DNA of 64,000 nucleotides from an uncultured Candidatus Saccharibacteria bacterium (GCA_964637575.1 CAZWVU010000004.1:14788-78787); one strand, 5' to 3'. Positions 46,228 to 55,942 are shown, counted from the stretch's first letter. Numbers and translations are program-made. The notes: generated from the sequence alone by a model not told the origin.

Positions 46228-47907
46228 ATGAAATGGAAGGTTCTCTTTGTAAGCATTGCGGCGCTGAATATGGCATTATTTGCGGCCCCGGCCGAAGCGG
46301 CTGGCGCGAAGCGACTTTTGTATCATGGGTTTTTCACCGGCCCGACGCCAACACCTTCCTATATTGCCGCCAACAAGGCCTACATAGACACCCTGCCCTT
46401 TGACGGACTGGCCGTGTATATGCGGAATCCGGATCTTACCTGGAATATTTCCGATCTGACGATGAAAAGCGGCAGTATTACTTACAGTAATATCTACAGC
46501 GTCCTTCAGCCGCTTGCCGGCCTGACCTTCGCGACGGTGAAGAATAATTACGCCCTGGTGTTCGCCCACAAGCCGGGAGATTTCTTTGATGACGCGCCCT
46601 GGACGACGGTTGCCCAGAATTTTGCCAACCTTGCCAAAGCCGTGATGGACGCGGGGTTGAAAGGTATCATATTTGATAATGAGCAGTATGACAGCTGGGG
46701 CAACTATCCCGATTCAGTCAATTACGCGAATCTTTACACGTTGAGCCAGTATCAGGATAAGGCCCGACAGCGTGGCCAGCAGGTAATGGCCGCCATGGTC
46801 ACCCAATTTCCGGATATTTCCGTGATCACCTTACACGGTCCGTATGTTTCTGTGGGCAGCTCGCCCAGTCCCTGGTTCAACGGCGGCCTCGCCGCCTACA
46901 ATGAATTGCTCGGCCCGTTTTTCACCGGCTTCGTACTCGGCCGCGGCTCATCCGCGCTGGTGGAAGATGGTGGGGAATTGTACACGCTCCGGACGGCAAA
47001 TGATTTTTCCTCCGCCTACCAGTGGCAAAAATATAACATCGCCAACGCTACCGATGCCACCTTTATTCCTTCCACGCTTAAGCCCGTCTGGTCTTCCAAT
47101 GTGAGCGTAGGCTATGGCGTCTACGACAAAGATTCTCTGAACAACTATGCCGTGGATTCTCCCGCGCTCATGCAATCCAACATCACGAACGCGCTCACCC
47201 GCGCCGACGACAACGCCTGGCTTTATACGGAAAGCATGAGCTTCCTCGCCCAACCGGGACAGCCCTACTATCCGGGAGACACGTATATCGCCGCGGTCAG
47301 GAACGGCCGGGCCGCCGCTCTGCCGGCTACCGATATCCTGCCACCTTCGGCGCCCGCGAATCTTTCCGCGGCGGCGGTTTCGCCAAGCCAGATTAATCTT
47401 TCATGGACGGCGTCCACCGATAACGTGGGTGTCACGGGCTACCGCGTCTTCCGCGGCGGCGTCCAGATCGCTGTCGTGACAGCGACTTCTTATCAGGACG
47501 CGGGACTTACCTCCGCCACTTCCTATACCTATACCGTGAACGCGTTTGACGCGGCAGGAAACGTGTCACCATCCGCCGGTCCGGTAACGGCAGCAACTCT
47601 CAACGCCGCGTTTGCCCGCGGCCAGCGGGTGCAGACGGCCACCCCCCTTAATGTCCGCTCAAAACCCAACGTAAAGGGAAAAATACTCTGTGTTCAGCCA
47701 GCGGGCGCGCTCGGCACAATTACCGGCGGCCCATCCAATAGCGGCGGCTATACCTGGTGGAGCATCAATTACGACACGGGTTGCGACGGCTGGAGCGCGC
47801 AGAATTATCTGGTTCTCATAGTGTCGCAGACTGCTGACCTGGAAATGCAAATACAGCGCCTTCAGCAGGAGCTAAGCGATTTACTGGAACAGCTCCATAA
47901 AAAATAA
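46228..47907 (+). CDS. Secreted protein: glycoside-hydrolase-like domain + FN3 + SH3-like domain
   Basis: Signal peptide; GIIFDNEQY; FN3 (LSWTASTDNVGVTGY); LNVR..WW..GW. Confidence 0.7.
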   Translation: MKWKVLFVSIAALNMALFAAPAEAAGAKRLLYHGFFTGPTPTPSYIAANKAYIDTLPFDGLAVYMRNPDLTWNISDLTMKSGSITYSNIYSVLQPLAGLTFATVKNNYALVFAHKPGDFFDDAPWTTVAQNFANLAKAVMDAGLKGIIFDNEQYDSWGNYPDSVNYANLYTLSQYQDKARQRGQQVMAAMVTQFPDISVITLHGPYVSVGSSPSPWFNGGLAAYNELLGPFFTGFVLGRGSSALVEDGGELYTLRTANDFSSAYQWQKYNIANATDATFIPSTLKPVWSSNVSVGYGVYDKDSLNNYAVDSPALMQSNITNALTRADDNAWLYTESMSFLAQPGQPYYPGDTYIAAVRNGRAAALPATDILPPSAPANLSAAAVSPSQINLSWTASTDNVGVTGYRVFRGGVQIAVVTATSYQDAGLTSATSYTYTVNAFDAAGNVSPSAGPVTAATLNAAFARGQRVQTATPLNVRSKPNVKGKILCVQPAGALGTITGGPSNSGGYTWWSINYDTGCDGWSAQNYLVLIVSQTADLEMQIQRLQQELSDLLEQLHKK

Positions 47908-47998
47908 CGCCCCGGTTCTTTCGGTCATTTTGCCCCGAACTTGTCAAATGGTCGCCCATGTTCTATTATGACCGCAGTTATTTTGAGAAAGGAGCTTT

Positions 47999-48604
47999 AT
48001 GCCCTATGACAAAAAGTTTTTCGAAAGTTATCGAAGGTATCTTGCGGAGGAATCTGTCCGGCAGAGTCACGATCTGGTGTTCAGGAATTTCGCCAGATTT
48101 GTAAAAGAGCATCAAAACAATTCCGAGATGCTCTGGGTGGTCGATCTTGGCTGCGGCCTTTGCGAGTATGATGTCTACGACCGTTGTCATTGGGGGTACG
48201 TCGGAATCGATAGGGAGCCAAGGACCCGCGCCACCAACGTGCTGAAGGCAGACTACACCGCATTTGAATTCATGGATCGCCTTCCATTCGAAGCGAATGC
48301 GTTTACCAGCCTGTTCTCGATCGAGTGTTGTTATCCGCCCGCCCGGCGCTACGAGCTTTATCATCAGATCTTCAAAAAGATCCCCTCGATCAGGTTCGGG
48401 CTTTCCGGCGGCTTCTACTACGAATCAAGACGGCATCAGCAAACCGTGAGAGAGGCCGGAGGTAATATCAGTCATCAGACGATTGAAAATCCCACGCAGT
48501 GGGTATCGAGATATTTTTCCGAAGAACGCTTCAAGATCCACACCCCCTCGAAAATGTTTGGCCCGGATGTCGTGGAGATCTGGAAATTCTTCGCGAGAAA
48601 GTAA
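47999..48604 (+). CDS. SAM-dependent methyltransferase-like protein
   Basis: VVDLGCG and YVGID motifs. Confidence 0.65.
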   Translation: MPYDKKFFESYRRYLAEESVRQSHDLVFRNFARFVKEHQNNSEMLWVVDLGCGLCEYDVYDRCHWGYVGIDREPRTRATNVLKADYTAFEFMDRLPFEANAFTSLFSIECCYPPARRYELYHQIFKKIPSIRFGLSGGFYYESRRHQQTVREAGGNISHQTIENPTQWVSRYFSEERFKIHTPSKMFGPDVVEIWKFFARK

Positions 48605-48634
48605 CAACGCCGCCATCAGGCATGATGGCGGTTT

Positions 48635-48769
48635 TTATTTCTGGTGCTTGAAAAACTGGATCTGCCGTTCGCGCTTCAGCGCTTCGGCTTTTGTCTTATA
48701 CGTACCCAGATTTTTTCCGGTCGTTTTCGAAAGCAATCGGTATCCTCCTTTTATTTTCCGGATCGTCAT
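48635..48769 (-). CDS. Small basic protein (44 aa)
   Basis: MTIRKIKGGYRLLSKTTGKNLGTYKTKAEALKRERQIQFFKHQK; resembles, from recall, a widespread small hypothetical family. Confidence 0.65.
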   Translation of the reverse strand: MTIRKIKGGYRLLSKTTGKNLGTYKTKAEALKRERQIQFFKHQK

Positions 48770-48811
48770 CTCTTATCAGTATAAAATAAATTAATCCCGT
48801 TGATTTCATGA

Positions 48812-49123
48812 TCACAATCGTTTTTTGGATAGTCTGCCAAGCACAAATCTTTGCGAAGGACTTATAGCCTTATCGGTGCGATGCGTGCAGCCATACCAGC
48901 AGCACGGGCGGCGCATTCCCTCCTTGAGCTCCGAAACGACTCTGTCGATATGTTCTTTCCTCTTCCCGGGCGTCTTAACGGAGATAGCCCAACAGATCCA
49001 TTCATTGCGGGCGAGCGGCGTGATATCTTCCCATGCCGCCCGTGCTTTAGGGCTGGACGTAAGAGCTTTTCGCAAATCTGCCGGCAGCTCATGAGTGGTG
49101 CCACCGGAAATCTTTTTTGCCAT
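48812..49123 (-). CDS. YdeI/OmpD-associated family protein
   Basis: LP.DL..AL, TPLARNEWICW and RRPCCW motifs. Confidence 0.85.
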   Translation of the reverse strand: MAKKISGGTTHELPADLRKALTSSPKARAAWEDITPLARNEWICWAISVKTPGKRKEHIDRVVSELKEGMRRPCCWYGCTHRTDKAISPSQRFVLGRLSKKRL

Positions 49124-49193
49124 ATGTTCACAGTATACAAATTTGTCGCACTCTAACAAATTAAAATACCCGCTTGGGATATTTTATTTCTGA

Positions 49194-49360
49194 TGCGGAG
49201 GCGAAGGATTCGGCTACAAGTCCGGCCGCCGCAGCGGCCGGCTCGCAGCCCGCCCCTCGCTCATTCGCCTGCTGGCGAATTTCGCTGCGGGCTTCTCACC
49301 TTCCCCGAAATCCGTAAGCCGAAAAGCAAAAGCCGCCGCAAGGGCGGTTTTGTTTTCTGT
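49194..49360 (-). repeat. tRNA-linked structured element (family C) with duplicated tRNA-Ser 3' end
   Basis: 49194-49212 duplicates 49361-49380 with a 1-nt deletion; core CTACAA..TCGCAG.CCGCCCCTCG..CTGCGGGCTTC. Confidence 0.8.
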
Positions 49361-49362
49361 TG

Positions 49363-49449
49363 CGGAGGCGGAAGGATTCGAACCTTCGGACCGGTTTCCC
49401 GGTCAACAACTTAGCAGGTTGCTGCTTTAGGCCACTCAGCCACGCCTCC
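49363..49449 (-). tRNA. tRNA-Ser(GCT)
   Basis: GGAGGCG acceptor, loop CTGCTAA, long variable arm, GGTTCGAATCC; CCA not encoded. Confidence 0.95.
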
Positions 49450-49555
49450 AGAATTTAAACTTCTCGGCAGAGCCTCGATCAAAAAACTCTTATTTACTTC
49501 TCACACAATATCACTGATTAGTTTTTTTGCATATATACTGTAAAGAGAGGCATAT

Positions 49556-49909
49556 ATGAATAAAACTGCATACATAATTCTAAGAGTCGGGTTGGCGGTG
49601 ACCTTTATTTGGATAGGCATACTGATTCTGATGAACCCGGAAGCGTGGGGAAGTAATATCCAACCGTGGGCCGCCAATCTTTTGCCGGTACCGTTGATCC
49701 AAATAATGACCGTGACGGCGATTCTGGATATCGCGGTGGGCGTTGGTTTTCTTATCAATCCGCTGGTCTGGCTCGCCGCATTGCTGGGCGCACTCCACGT
49801 TGCGAGCGTGCTTCTGGTGAGCGGCGTGACTGACATTACCGTGCGGGACATCGCTATTCTCGCGGCGACTGTCGCCTTGACGATTGAAAGGTGGCCGGGA
49901 AGACGGTAA
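49556..49909 (+). CDS. DoxX-family membrane protein
   Basis: LRVGLA..FIW.G and RDI motifs; 4 TM. Confidence 0.8.
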   Translation: MNKTAYIILRVGLAVTFIWIGILILMNPEAWGSNIQPWAANLLPVPLIQIMTVTAILDIAVGVGFLINPLVWLAALLGALHVASVLLVSGVTDITVRDIAILAATVALTIERWPGRR

Positions 49910-49913
49910 AAGC

Positions 49914-50942
49914 ATGGCACGGCTATCAGGAATCCTGCTGGTGCTCCTCTTCCTGATAATCTGCGCGTTGCTAGTGTATGCCGGCACGTCCCCGATCCTT
50001 CGTCCGGTTGCCGACGGCGTTTCCGACAGCGCGTCGTGGACAAGCAGCAACGGCAAGAAGTGCAACAAGACCGACTGCTCTGCTGCGGTGAAGGAGGCCC
50101 GCGGAAGTTTCTGTGATGGCAGTGATGGCGATGCTTCTTATATAGAAAGCAGGACGAAGAACGCGCGGCAGACGTTCAAATTGAATCTCTCCACGATTCC
50201 CGCCACTTCGACCATCACCAAAGTGGCCGTGACGGTCTGCGCGAAGAAGCGCGGCGCCAAGGATGCCGTCAACGCATTCCGGACATCGCTGTGCGTCAAT
50301 GGCACATGCGCCAACGGGGGAGCGGACCTTATGGCTACGACTACGTACGCGTCTTTTACGCAGGTGTTTAATGTGAGTGTGGCGAAAACCGCGACCACCA
50401 CTATCGAAATTGGCGCCGCGATCACCGGCACGAAAAACACCTTCATCCGCATCAGCAAGTTTGCCGCGCTCGCTACGTTCGGCGCTACCACCCCCGTCAT
50501 TCCGCCATCGGGAACCACCTCGCCGCCGACCGGAACCACTACGCCCCCCATGGGTACGAGCACTCCGCCGACCGGGACCACGACGCCTCCCGTCGCCACC
50601 ACCATGTCCGCTCCGGTCCGCGTTTCGTTCGGAGGAGCCGTCATCCCGACGCAGGCGTTATTTTCCGGACAGGCGTATCCCGGCGGAATAATTGAGGCGA
50701 CCTGGGCAAGTCCGGTCGCGGAACAGTACGGGATCGTGCCGGAAGAAAGAACGGACATCGCGCCGGACGGTTCATTCCGGCTGCTGCTGAAAAATTTACT
50801 GCAAGCGCCCTATACGTTTATCCTGCGGGCGTTCGATTCTGACGGACGGCCGAGCGGCCCGGTTGTATTTACGGCGGACTTTGAATCGCAGGGCCTTTTC
50901 ATGCGGGATGGATTGGTGTTTCCGCCGCGCGAAGCAGATTGA
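49914..50942 (+). CDS. Exported protein with Thr/Pro-rich linker
   Basis: N-terminal TM, PP.GT(T/S)(T/S) repeats, Ig-like C-terminus (FSGQAYPG). Confidence 0.7.
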   Translation: MARLSGILLVLLFLIICALLVYAGTSPILRPVADGVSDSASWTSSNGKKCNKTDCSAAVKEARGSFCDGSDGDASYIESRTKNARQTFKLNLSTIPATSTITKVAVTVCAKKRGAKDAVNAFRTSLCVNGTCANGGADLMATTTYASFTQVFNVSVAKTATTTIEIGAAITGTKNTFIRISKFAALATFGATTPVIPPSGTTSPPTGTTTPPMGTSTPPTGTTTPPVATTMSAPVRVSFGGAVIPTQALFSGQAYPGGIIEATWASPVAEQYGIVPEERTDIAPDGSFRLLLKNLLQAPYTFILRAFDSDGRPSGPVVFTADFESQGLFMRDGLVFPPREAD

Positions 50943-50967
50943 CAATCGCTTCTTTCTATTTTATAAT
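50939..50967 (+). promoter_or_regulatory. Consensus sigma70 promoter
   Basis: TTGACA-17bp-TATAAT. Confidence 0.7.
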
Positions 50968-50989
50968 CTCGTTAGTTTTTTGAGAAAGG

Positions 50990-51583
50990 GTGAGCATGAT
51001 CGAGGAGCTTGCGTACGAAGCGCTGCGGACACTGCCGAAGCGGCCGATTGTCCATCCCAACGGATTTATCCAGCTGTATCTGAATGAACGGCGCCGTCTG
51101 CACGTTTGGCCGGCAGCACCGATGAAAACCTCCGAGCCGATGCTCAACATCCATGATCACGTCTACGGTTTTACGAGCCGGATTCTGATCGGCCGCCTCC
51201 GGAATATCACGTACGAAGCGGTGGAGCACAGTGCGGGCAGCAATTATCTCTACAGCGTGCTGTCCTATGCCGCGACGGGTACCGAAACTCCCTTCGAGCG
51301 GTTGGATGGACGGTACAAGATGAAATACCTGGGGTGTCAGACACTGGCGGCCGGCGGTTCTTATCGGATGGAGCCGTTCGTGCTGCACGACACGGTGGCC
51401 TCCGGGCTGACCGCGACGCTGGTCGAAATCAACGATTTCGACACGAGTCTGCGCGCCCGGGTAGTCTGTCCCGTCGGGCAGGAGCCGGACGCCGGATTCC
51501 GCCGGGACGCGGAAGATCCGGAGGCGCTTTGGGGTATTATCCAGGAAGCGGTGGCCAGGATTTGTGGACAGGAGGAAGCGTGA
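50990..51583 (+). CDS. Cupin-like hypothetical protein
   Basis: HPNGFIQL, RLHVW, IHDH..F.S.I and a distal H. Confidence 0.65.
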   Translation: MSMIEELAYEALRTLPKRPIVHPNGFIQLYLNERRRLHVWPAAPMKTSEPMLNIHDHVYGFTSRILIGRLRNITYEAVEHSAGSNYLYSVLSYAATGTETPFERLDGRYKMKYLGCQTLAAGGSYRMEPFVLHDTVASGLTATLVEINDFDTSLRARVVCPVGQEPDAGFRRDAEDPEALWGIIQEAVARICGQEEA

Positions 51584-51957
51584 TTCATAAGATGCTCGCG
51601 GATTCGGAAACCGAATGTCGGAACATCCAGAGAGGCGAGGTGACGGCGCGGATTTTTCTCGCGAACTTCTGTCCGAAGGAATTCCAGGCGGGCGACAAGA
51701 TCATCATCTGCTTTCCGGCGCTTGACGATCCGGTCGGCGTGGTGGAAATCAGCGAGGTTCACACCTGCGATTTCCTCGGACTGGATTTTCCGCGGGACGC
51801 GGCGCCGGCCGGATTTTCCGGATTCGGCGATCTGTCCCAGCATTTCCGGGGGATATATTCCGGGGTGCAGCTGACCGACATGCTCATCGTCGTGAAGTGG
51901 AGGCAGTTCGAACCGGCGCGGCCCTGCACGGAATGCGATGACCGCGATCAGACCTGA
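51580..51957 (+). CDS. ASCH/PUA-like domain protein
   Basis: I..G..T.RI, GD, V.I..V, DA...GF..L..IY pattern; GTGA overlap with GGAGG Shine-Dalgarno site. Confidence 0.55.
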   Translation: MIHKMLADSETECRNIQRGEVTARIFLANFCPKEFQAGDKIIICFPALDDPVGVVEISEVHTCDFLGLDFPRDAAPAGFSGFGDLSQHFRGIYSGVQLTDMLIVVKWRQFEPARPCTECDDRDQT

Positions 51958-52146
51958 CACTCAATCCTCCTTGAGCCCCATGCCAAACTGTTTTGGCGTG
52001 GGGCTTTTTAATTAAGACCGTTATGCTCGCACCCGGATTCCTGTCCGCGGAATCCGGGTGGGCTTTTTAATTAGGACTTTTATGACGGGCTTTTTCTTTT
52101 TCCGGGACGTGGTATAGTGGGGGCAGAAATTTGAAAGGACGAAACT

Positions 52147-52596
52147 GTGCTTGAATATCACAGAAAGATTCTCAAACGTTGCCGCGACTACGAGATCGTG
52201 GAAATCACCTGGCCGCCGGGCGCCAAAAGCCGTCCGCACGATCATGGCGACTCATTCGGATCGATTATTGTGGTGCAGGGCGTGATTTACCAGGAAGTAT
52301 TTGAAAAAACCAGCAAGCGATTCAATTTTTTTTCAACATACGGCGCGCAGAAGGTCGTTGAGGAAACCCCCGACGTGATCCACGTGATGGGCAATTACTC
52401 CCGGGAGGCGCCGGCAGTTTCCATCCACACCTATGTGCCGCGTCTGAAAATGACGTATTACGACCGGGCGATTTTCCTGCAAGCGTGCCGGCGCTGTTGC
52501 GGAACCGGCCGGGCTTTCCGGGAGCTTGAAGGCATTGAATCAAACTGCATCTATTGTCTGGGCCATGGCGAAGTCAAATACTACGCTCCGATGTAA
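52147..52596 (+). CDS. Cysteine dioxygenase-like cupin
   Basis: WPPG..S.PHDHG, IH.MGN and SIHTY motifs; C-terminal CxxCxGxG pair. Confidence 0.75.
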   Translation: MLEYHRKILKRCRDYEIVEITWPPGAKSRPHDHGDSFGSIIVVQGVIYQEVFEKTSKRFNFFSTYGAQKVVEETPDVIHVMGNYSREAPAVSIHTYVPRLKMTYYDRAIFLQACRRCCGTGRAFRELEGIESNCIYCLGHGEVKYYAPM

Positions 52597-52617
52597 TTCG
52601 GAGCGTTTTATTTTATA

Positions 52618-53562
52618 ATGAATCCAACGTTACTTATGAGACAGAACAGCAAGATCCGGGTCGCGGTGCTGATGGGCGGCCCTTCTTCGGAGCATGACAT
52701 TTCCCTCAAAAGCGGCCGGATGGTCCTGGCACATCTGGACCGGAAGCAATACGCGCCGAAAGCCGTGCGCATTTCCAGAAAAGGGAAGTGGCCGATTATT
52801 CCGAGCGAACTGAAAAAGAAATTTGATGTCGTGTTTGTGGCGATGCACGGGGAATACGGGGAAGACGGCACCGTCCAGCGGATTTTGAGCAAATATAATA
52901 TTCCTTTCACCGGTTCCGGCACGAAGGCGAGCCAGATCGGCATCGATAAAGTGCGGTCTTCCGTGCTGTTTGAGGAAAGGGGACTGGCCGTACCGGATTT
53001 CGCGGTAATGGGCGGCGCCAAAAAATTCATGTTTGATTTCCCCATCGTGGTGAAGCCGGCTGACCGCGGCTCCAGCGTCGGCGTGAGCATTGTCCGCGAT
53101 ATCCGGGAACTGCCCGCGGCGCTCAAGGAAGCCGAGAAATTTTCCACGCGGGTCATGGTACAGAAATTTATCAGAGGCCGGGAACTGACCTGCGGCGTCC
53201 TGGAAATCAACGGCAAACCGCAGGCGCTTCCGCCCACGGAGATCATCACGAAAGGGAGCGCCTTTTTTGATTACCGGGCGAAATACACCGCCGGCGCCAC
53301 CCACGAAATTACTCCCGCGCGGCTTACCGGGGATGAGGTCCGCAACGTCCAGGAGCAGGCGGTGAAAGCGCATAAAATTATCGGCGCCCGGGGCATGTCG
53401 CGCAGCGATTTCATACTGGGCGATGACGGCCGGGTCTATATCCTGGAAATAAACACGATCCCGGGAATGACGAAGACCAGTCTTTTGCCCCAGCAGGCGA
53501 AAGCCGAAGGGATCAGTTTCCCGGAGCTGCTGGATCGTATTATCCAGGCGGCGTTACGGTAG
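52618..53562 (+). CDS. ddl: D-alanine-D-alanine ligase
   Basis: GGPSSEHDISL.SG, HGEYGEDG, GSSVG and LEINTIPGMT motifs. Confidence 0.96.
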   Translation: MNPTLLMRQNSKIRVAVLMGGPSSEHDISLKSGRMVLAHLDRKQYAPKAVRISRKGKWPIIPSELKKKFDVVFVAMHGEYGEDGTVQRILSKYNIPFTGSGTKASQIGIDKVRSSVLFEERGLAVPDFAVMGGAKKFMFDFPIVVKPADRGSSVGVSIVRDIRELPAALKEAEKFSTRVMVQKFIRGRELTCGVLEINGKPQALPPTEIITKGSAFFDYRAKYTAGATHEITPARLTGDEVRNVQEQAVKAHKIIGARGMSRSDFILGDDGRVYILEINTIPGMTKTSLLPQQAKAEGISFPELLDRIIQAALR

Positions 53563-53580
53563 TTTTGGTACACTAAAACA

Positions 53581-54057
53581 ATGCCTTTCAATGAAATCAG
53601 CTGGACGGGGCCGGAATTTGAACATTGGCACAAGCCCCGTCTCTGGTATCTCATACTCATCCTGATAAGCCTGCTCTTGATCATCACTGCGTTGTGGCAG
53701 GGAAATTTTCTTTTCTCGGTGTTTGTCGCGATCGCCGCGGCGCTGGTCGGCGTAACCGGAGGAAGGGCTCCGCGGATGGTGGAATACCGGCTGACCGACG
53801 AATCGCTGATCGTGGATCGCATCCGCGCCTATCTGTATGAACAGCTGGCCGGTTTCGCGACGCACCGCGTCGACGCGCTCGATGACGGATTTTCCCAGCT
53901 GGTGTTTCAGCGGAAGCAGCGGCTCGGAAGTTTTATCAAAATTTTATTTCCTACCAGCCGCACCCAGGAAATCCGCCATTTTCTTAACCGGTATCTGCAT
54001 GAAATTGAATATCAGGAATCCCTGACGGACCATCTCTTCCGCTGGATCCGATTTTAA
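53581..54057 (+). CDS. Membrane protein (2 TM plus PH-like domain)
   Basis: SW..PEF.H..K..WY N-terminus. Confidence 0.7.
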   Translation: MPFNEISWTGPEFEHWHKPRLWYLILILISLLLIITALWQGNFLFSVFVAIAAALVGVTGGRAPRMVEYRLTDESLIVDRIRAYLYEQLAGFATHRVDALDDGFSQLVFQRKQRLGSFIKILFPTSRTQEIRHFLNRYLHEIEYQESLTDHLFRWIRF

Positions 54058-54076
54058 GATAGAGTATTCGGCAATT

Positions 54077-54454
54077 ATGAAATTCACCACAAAAACTATT
54101 ATTATCGGAGTAATCGGACTGGTCGTGCTCGCGGTCGGCCTCACTTTATTCGCGAAAAGCCAGCCGGGAAAATATGACGGCCTTGCAACCTTTTTGTCAG
54201 AGAAGGGCGTCAAGTTTTATGGCGCGTTCTGGTGCCCGCACTGCCAGCGCCAGAAGGAAATGTTTGGCAATTCGGCGAGACTTTTACCCTACGTGGAATG
54301 TTCCACGCCGGACGGGCAGGGTCAGACGCAGATTTGCATTGATAATAAGATTACCGGCTATCCGACCTGGGTGTTTCCCGATGGCTCGCGCATAAGCGGT
54401 GAGACTTCACCGGAAGATCTGGCGGCGAAAATTGGGTACACGTTTCCCAAATAG
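54077..54454 (+). CDS. Exported thioredoxin-fold protein (VKOR-associated type)
   Basis: YGAFWCPHC..QK..FG, YVEC and GYPTW motifs. Confidence 0.88.
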   Translation: MKFTTKTIIIGVIGLVVLAVGLTLFAKSQPGKYDGLATFLSEKGVKFYGAFWCPHCQRQKEMFGNSARLLPYVECSTPDGQGQTQICIDNKITGYPTWVFPDGSRISGETSPEDLAAKIGYTFPK

Positions 54455-54973
54455 ATGACGCCCCTTGTCTCTCTGATCAGTGAATGCCTTTCCGCGTGCA
54501 CGGTTCTCGCGGGGTTCCTGTTCCTCGCGCTGATCTTTATTCCGGCAGTAAGGGCCTGGTTTGGCCGGCGGGCGCTCCTCGTTTCCTTTTTGCTGGCGCT
54601 GGGGGGCGTGGCCGGCAGCCTTTTTTATTCAGAGATCGCGGGGTTCGCTCCCTGTCTCCTGTGCTGGTGGCAGAGAATTTTTCTTTATCCGCAGGCGGTC
54701 ATTTTCCTGATCGGGTTTCTGAAAAAGGATTCCCGGGCGCTGCTCTACGGCGTCTGGCTTTCCGTCCTGGCATTGCCGTTCGCGCTCTACAGCGCGTATC
54801 TGCAATTCGGCGGATTGCCGCTGGGAAATTGTTCCGCTGCGGGCGTGTCCTGCTCCATCCGTTATTTCCTGGAATTCGGTTACGTCACCATCCCGACCAT
54901 GTCGCTGACGCTGTTCGCGCTTCTCATCGCGCTTTTCTTCGCAGGCCGGCGACTTGATGGAGAGATGAAATAA
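54455..54973 (+). CDS. dsbB: Disulfide bond formation protein B (BdbC-like)
   Basis: GSLFYSE...PCLLCWWQRI and FG.VTIP.MSL motifs. Confidence 0.88.
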   Translation: MTPLVSLISECLSACTVLAGFLFLALIFIPAVRAWFGRRALLVSFLLALGGVAGSLFYSEIAGFAPCLLCWWQRIFLYPQAVIFLIGFLKKDSRALLYGVWLSVLALPFALYSAYLQFGGLPLGNCSAAGVSCSIRYFLEFGYVTIPTMSLTLFALLIALFFAGRRLDGEMK

Positions 54974-54990
54974 TTGTATAAATAGTCCAC

Positions 54991-55062
54991 GCCCTCGTCG
55001 TTCAATGGACAGGACACAAGATTGCGGATCTTGTAATGTTGGTTCGATTCCAACCGAGGGCA
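54991..55062 (+). tRNA. tRNA-Arg(GCG)
   Basis: GCCCTCG/CGAGGGC acceptor; stem CAAGA/TCTTG with loop TTGCGGA; CCA not encoded. Confidence 0.92.
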
Positions 55063-55078
55063 CAATAAAAAGGAGCCC

Positions 55079-55942
55079 TTAGCGGGCTCCGGGGACGCCA
55101 ACAAACGGCGTTTTGAGAAGTTGCATTCCATTTTCTCGGATGAAGGAATAGGCGGCAGGAAGCGCGATCATTCCGATAATGCTCAGCAGCGTGATATAGG
55201 CTGCGCGGTCACGTTGGCGGAGCTGGCGGGATAGCTCTTCATTATATTCCCGGTCAAGCGCCAGTATTTGTGACTTGAACATTTCGGATAGTGCGCCGCC
55301 GACGTGCTCTTCATAGGCGCGGCAGATCGCCTGCCTGGAGTCGTCTTCGAGTTCAATGCCGCGCCAGATAAGCAATTTTCTGGCAGCATGGACGGGGATC
55401 TCCAGCGTTTTCTGAAGAATGCGGCATTCCTCGAATTCAGTCGCCGGTTTTTGCTCCATCCGGATCAGCGCTTTTGCAAACCAATTGATTTTATTCCGGA
55501 AGTAGCTGCAAATGTCTTCGCGGGTCTGGTCCGGATTGAGCGCAATACGCCGCAGGGGATTTTCTTTGATGAGGCCCCCCTTTTCAACCGCAGCGGCGAG
55601 GTGGAAGGCGAAGGTCGGACTGATGGTGTGAAGCGGAGTGTTCGCGGTTTCCCAATCGAGCGGAATATACGCGAGTGGCACGTTTCGTATTCGCGCTTCC
55701 ATGCATGAATTCCGGAGCCCGCGCAGAAGTTTCTCCGACGATGCATGCCGGTGAAGCACCAAACAATCGACGTCACTGCGCGGGGTATGGGTCTTTGTGG
55801 TTACGGAACCGCAGATAATGGCGCCGACGATCGCGCGGTCGGCTTCGACATCTTTTTCAATCGCGCAGAGTACTTCGGTAAAGCGTTCCAGCTTCGGGAC
55901 CTGTTCCAGGCGGATTTCATCCCAGGTGAAAATTTTTCCCAA
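55079..55942 (-). CDS. Nucleotidyltransferase-domain protein (Pol beta superfamily)
   Basis: CGSV......SDVD motif followed by a helical C-terminal domain. Confidence 0.75.
   Translation of the reverse strand: MGKIFTWDEIRLEQVPKLERFTEVLCAIEKDVEADRAIVGAIICGSVTTKTHTPRSDVDCLVLHRHASSEKLLRGLRNSCMEARIRNVPLAYIPLDWETANTPLHTISPTFAFHLAAAVEKGGLIKENPLRRIALNPDQTREDICSYFRNKINWFAKALIRMEQKPATEFEECRILQKTLEIPVHAARKLLIWRGIELEDDSRQAICRAYEEHVGGALSEMFKSQILALDREYNEELSRQLRQRDRAAYITLLSIIGMIALPAAYSFIRENGMQLLKTPFVGVPGAR

Noticed and set aside
50505-50600. Short tandem DNA repeats
   Set aside because: Explained by a Pro/Thr-rich protein linker
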